DNA from: Longimicrobiales bacterium
GTDB lineage: Bacteria; Gemmatimonadota; Gemmatimonadetes; Longimicrobiales; Gaopeijiaceae
Length of the DNA stretch: 64,000 nucleotides
Assembly: GCA_965226375.1 (NCBI GenBank)
Contig: CBDDCX010000007.1
Location: 352,001 to 416,000, forward strand
Direction: 5' to 3'
Below the pieces are notes generated by a model. That model was not told the DNA's origin and searched no databases. It saw only the letters and a program-made list of their open reading frames with translations. The translations under genes were made by a program, and so were the position numbers. Below are positions 60,334-64,000 of the stretch, in pieces. Each line of letters begins with the position of its first letter. The first letter of the stretch is position 1.

Positions 60334-60452
60334 TGTGGTGTTGAGCACTCCGGTCGTTAAACACGTGCGCCATAACGGCGTAGCGCGTGTGCCGGCGCTA
60401 TCTTCAGAGCTATGTTATATGGCTGACAGAGCAACCTTCAGGAGCTGATTCC

Positions 60453-62372
60453 GTGGCGCTTCTCGACCGAATTCAGGACCCTGGGGACATTCGTCGGCTC
60501 TCGAAGGACGAGTTGCACGAGCTGGTCACCGAGGCCCGAGACCGGCATATCGATGTAATCGCTAAGATCGGGGGCCACTTCGGCGCGAGCCTGGGTGTCG
60601 CCGAGCTCACCGTCGCACTCCACTACGCGTTCGATACGCCTCGGGACAAGCTGATCTGGGACACCGGCCATCAGGGCTATATCCACAAGATCCTCACCGG
60701 CAGGAACGAGCGTCTTCCGACGATACGGCAGCAGGATGGGCTGGCGCCGTTCCTGCGTCGGGACGAGTCGGAATATGATCACTTCGGTGCGGGTCATGCC
60801 GCCACCTCGATCTCGGCCGCCCTGGGCACGGCGATTGCTCGAGACCTGAATGAAGACGATTTCAGTGTAGTCGCCGTCATCGGTGACGGGGCCATGGGAT
60901 GCGGCTTGGCATACGAGGCGTTGAACAACGCCGGCCACACCGATCGTGACCTCATCGTCGTTCTCAACGACAACGACCACTCCATCGCCCCCAACGTCGG
61001 GGCGATGAACAAGTACCTCACGGGTGTGATCACCCATCCGGTCTACAACCGGATCCGAGACGAGGTGAAGGAGCTTCTTTCCAAGGGGCCCGGAGGTGCA
61101 CAGGGCCCGTTACGGAAGGTCGCCCATCGCGCCGAGGAGAGCGTGAAGGGGCTGTTCGTACCGGGCATGCTCTTCGAGGAGTTGGGCTTCCGCTACATCG
61201 GGCCCGTGGATGGCCACGATCTCGATTCATTAGTCGACACGCTAGTTGCCGTCCGTCGCCTCGAGGGCCCGGTGCTCGTCCACGTCATCACGCAGAAAGG
61301 GAAGGGGTTTTCACTCGCCGAGGAGAACGCATACAAGTGGCATGCGGCTTCGCCCTTCGACAAGATTTCCGGTGAGGCGAAGAAGAAGAGCAGCGGCCTG
61401 CCACGCTATCAGAAAGTCTTCGGAAGAGGTCTCAAGGAGTTGGGTGAGCTCGATGAGAGGATCGTCGTGATCACGGCCGGCATGCCGGACGGCACCAGCA
61501 CGGACATGTTCGGACAGGCCTTCCCGGATCGGTACTTCGATGTGGGAATCGCCGAGGGCCATGGCGTCACTGCCGCGGCCGGTATGGCCACTCAAGAGGG
61601 TGTGCGACCGGTCGTCTGCATCTATTCAACGTTCCTGCAGCGGGCCTTCGACAGCATTGTCCACGATGTCGCGCTCCAGGATCTGCCGGTGGTGTTCTGT
61701 ATGGATCGCGCGGGCATCGCCGGGCCGGACGGGCCAACGCATCACGGCGCCTTCGACATTCCCTACATGATGCTGACTCCCGGCATGACCGTGACCGCCC
61801 CCAAGGACGGGGCGGAGATGCTGGCCCTGGTACGTCTCGGCATCGAACACGAAGACGGGCCGTTTTCGGTCCGTTGGCCCAGAGACGCCGTACCGGCCGA
61901 GGTACCGCACGTCAGCGAAATTCCGGCGATCGAGTACGGTACGTGGGAGATACTGCGTCACGGGTCGGACATTGCCCTCCTCGCGACCGGTACCATGGTC
62001 ATCGAGGCGCTCGAGGCGGCCCAGATGCTGGCGGGCCGTGGGGTGCAGTCCACGGTCGTGAACTGTCGCTTCCTGAAACCTCATGACAGGGTGGCCCTCA
62101 AGGAGGTCGCAGAGGGACATCGTAAGGTGCTTACCATCGAGGAGGGGACGGTGGTCAACGGTTTCGGCGCTTATATGGCCCGTGAGATCAGCGACCTGGA
62201 TGTGGGGCACGACGTGCAGGTGCGCTGCCTCGGTCTTCCGGACCGGTTTATCGAACACGGTGCCCGTGATGCGCTGCTTCGCGACGTAGGGCTGGACGCT
62301 GAGGGCATCGTCACCGAGGCGAGGCGTATCCTCGGTGATGCGGTATCCTCCGCCTCAGTGGAGACTGCGTGA
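60453..62372 (+). CDS. dxs: 1-deoxy-D-xylulose-5-phosphate synthase
   Basis: GGHFGASLG, WDTGHQ, GDGA..EALNN, GPVDGH, DVGIAE, YSTFLQR. Confidence 0.97.
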   Translation: MALLDRIQDPGDIRRLSKDELHELVTEARDRHIDVIAKIGGHFGASLGVAELTVALHYAFDTPRDKLIWDTGHQGYIHKILTGRNERLPTIRQQDGLAPFLRRDESEYDHFGAGHAATSISAALGTAIARDLNEDDFSVVAVIGDGAMGCGLAYEALNNAGHTDRDLIVVLNDNDHSIAPNVGAMNKYLTGVITHPVYNRIRDEVKELLSKGPGGAQGPLRKVAHRAEESVKGLFVPGMLFEELGFRYIGPVDGHDLDSLVDTLVAVRRLEGPVLVHVITQKGKGFSLAEENAYKWHAASPFDKISGEAKKKSSGLPRYQKVFGRGLKELGELDERIVVITAGMPDGTSTDMFGQAFPDRYFDVGIAEGHGVTAAAGMATQEGVRPVVCIYSTFLQRAFDSIVHDVALQDLPVVFCMDRAGIAGPDGPTHHGAFDIPYMMLTPGMTVTAPKDGAEMLALVRLGIEHEDGPFSVRWPRDAVPAEVPHVSEIPAIEYGTWEILRHGSDIALLATGTMVIEALEAAQMLAGRGVQSTVVNCRFLKPHDRVALKEVAEGHRKVLTIEEGTVVNGFGAYMAREISDLDVGHDVQVRCLGLPDRFIEHGARDALLRDVGLDAEGIVTEARRILGDAVSSASVETA

Positions 62373-63283
62373 CGGAGCAGGCGGCCCGGGCCGATTCCGG
62401 GAACGAGATCAAGCGTATCGGAGTCCTCGGACGCTCGGCGCACGAGGACGTGCCTGGCTGTGTCCATCGGTTAGCCCAGTTCGCAGCACAACACCACCTC
62501 GCTGTCTGCTATGAAGAGCACCTCCTGCCCGACGCCCCGGAGGGGGCAACGGCGTTGGATCTCGACGACGATGCGGTCGACTTTCTCATCGCTTTCGGGG
62601 GGGACGGTACGCTCCTGAGGGCCGGGCGCATGGCCGCCGGACGGGATATTCCCGTGCTCGGCATCAACGTGGGTCACCTCGGCTTCCTCACGGCGCTTCC
62701 CCATCTCGAGATGGAGGATCGCCTCGGCCGCATCCTCGATGGTGAGTACGTTCTGGACCGGCGATTCATGGTGCAGGCGCGACTGATTCACGACGACGGG
62801 TCGCAAGGTGACCTCCTCTTGGCTTGGAACGACTTCGTGATCCACAAGAGAGGGGTCGCCCGGGTCACACGGTTGGGTCTACGGGTCAGCGAAGGGGGAA
62901 ACTCGCAGGAGGTGGGCAGTTTCTCCGGAGATGGGCTCATCGTGTCGACCCCCACAGGGTCCACGGCCTACTCCCTTTCAGCGGGCGGGCCGATCGTCGT
63001 CCCGTCCGTGGACTGCCTGATCGTTACACCGATCTGCCCGCACACTCTCGCAGTGCGCCCACTGGTGCTTCCCGGGAGCCAGGTCTTGGAGGTCAGTCCT
63101 CTGGAGCACACGGACGACCTGGTCTTGACGGCCGACGGACAGGTGGCCTACGAACTCGATATGGGCGTCGAGGTCCAGATCACACGCTCGCAGGTGGAAA
63201 TCCCCTTGGTCCGGTTCTCGGACCAGAACTTCTTCGGCACCCTGCAGGCCAAGCTCAACTGGGCGGCTCGCCCCTCGGGCTGA
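62369..63283 (+). CDS. nadK: NAD kinase
   Basis: GGDGTLL, GHLGFL, DGLIVSTPTGSTAYSLSAGGP. Confidence 0.95.
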   Translation: MTEQAARADSGNEIKRIGVLGRSAHEDVPGCVHRLAQFAAQHHLAVCYEEHLLPDAPEGATALDLDDDAVDFLIAFGGDGTLLRAGRMAAGRDIPVLGINVGHLGFLTALPHLEMEDRLGRILDGEYVLDRRFMVQARLIHDDGSQGDLLLAWNDFVIHKRGVARVTRLGLRVSEGGNSQEVGSFSGDGLIVSTPTGSTAYSLSAGGPIVVPSVDCLIVTPICPHTLAVRPLVLPGSQVLEVSPLEHTDDLVLTADGQVAYELDMGVEVQITRSQVEIPLVRFSDQNFFGTLQAKLNWAARPSG

Positions 63284-63352
63284 GAGGTGGTCCGCACTAC
63301 GCGTCCCCAACTCCCATTGAGAAGGCCCGATGTGCCCTAGTAGATTGCGATC

Positions 63353-64000
63353 ATGCTGATCGAGCTCCGTGTCCGCGATTACGCCGTCATCCATGATCTC
63401 TCCCTGGAGTTGGGTCCCGGTCTGAGCGCGCTCTCAGGTGAGACCGGGGCGGGAAAGTCGATCATTGTCGGTGCCCTCTCGCTGCTGTTGGGCGAACGAG
63501 CGTCGAGCGGAACCGTGCGCGTCGGGGCGGAGCGGGCCCTGGTCGAGGCTGTCTTCGACGTCTCGGAGCGACCCGAAATCCTGTCGCGTCTGGCCGAGCT
63601 CGGCCATGAGGTCGAGGACGGCCTGCTCATCCTCCGGAGGGAAGTAGCCGCCGAGGGAAGGAATCGCGCCTGGATGAACGGTTCCCCCACAACGGCGCGA
63701 GTCGTGGGCGAGCTCGGAAGGACGCTCGTCGATCTCCACGGGCAACACGAGCACCAGACGCTCCTGAGACGGGAGGCGCAACGTAACATCCTCGATGCTT
63801 TCGGTGGCGCAGAGGATGCCGCCACGGAAGTGTCCGAAGCGTTCGAGGCCCTCGCTGGTCTCGAGGCGAGACTCGCGGAGCTCAAGGAGCGACGTAGGGA
63901 GCTCGAGAGCCGCGCGGATTTTCTCCGGTTTCAACTCACCGAGATCGAAGAGGGCCGGGTCGAGATCGGGGAAGACGTGGCCTTTGAAGACGAGTTGGGT
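63353..64000 (+). CDS. recN: DNA repair protein RecN (partial, runs off the window)
   Basis: Hand translation MLIELRVRDYAVI...LSGETGAGKSII...VDLHGQHEHQ; follows nadK as is common. Confidence 0.93.
   Translation, partial: MLIELRVRDYAVIHDLSLELGPGLSALSGETGAGKSIIVGALSLLLGERASSGTVRVGAERALVEAVFDVSERPEILSRLAELGHEVEDGLLILRREVAAEGRNRAWMNGSPTTARVVGELGRTLVDLHGQHEHQTLLRREAQRNILDAFGGAEDAATEVSEAFEALAGLEARLAELKERRRELESRADFLRFQLTEIEEGRVEIGEDVAFEDELG

Overview
GC-rich (about 65% by eye) bacterial chromosomal segment. Gene content and style suggest Gemmatimonadota (BlaI/M56 pair, HEAT-repeat proteins after an ECF sigma, kinase-TolB fusion, bshA, secD-secF-tatD-mutL-miaA); this taxonomy is inference. The left half (1-31.4 kb) is accessory and regulatory. 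It holds peptidases, a MATE pump, a BlaI/M56 pair with four operator palindromes that also cover a DUF5916-like outer-membrane gene, and a permease-less TolC/adaptor/two-ATPase cluster with a sigma54 two-component system and two matching promoter architectures. It also holds an ECF sigma/anti-sigma/HEAT-repeat module running into an odd HEAT-REC-GGDEF fusion and an orphan PilB/GspE-REC ATPase, then a Pho-box-preceded, internally shortened porin. The right half (31.6-64 kb) is mostly housekeeping: secDF, tatD, mutL, miaA, bshA, uppP, birA, coaX, CIRCE-groESL, thrS, infC-rpmI-rplT-pheST, zapB-like/zapA, rny, folD, xseAB, ispA, dxs, nadK, recN. A ~4 kb insert (hairpin cluster, DinB, frameshifted kinase) separates thrS from infC. 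I found no tRNA, rRNA, CRISPR array or transposase. All calls come from reading motifs by eye; no database searches were run.
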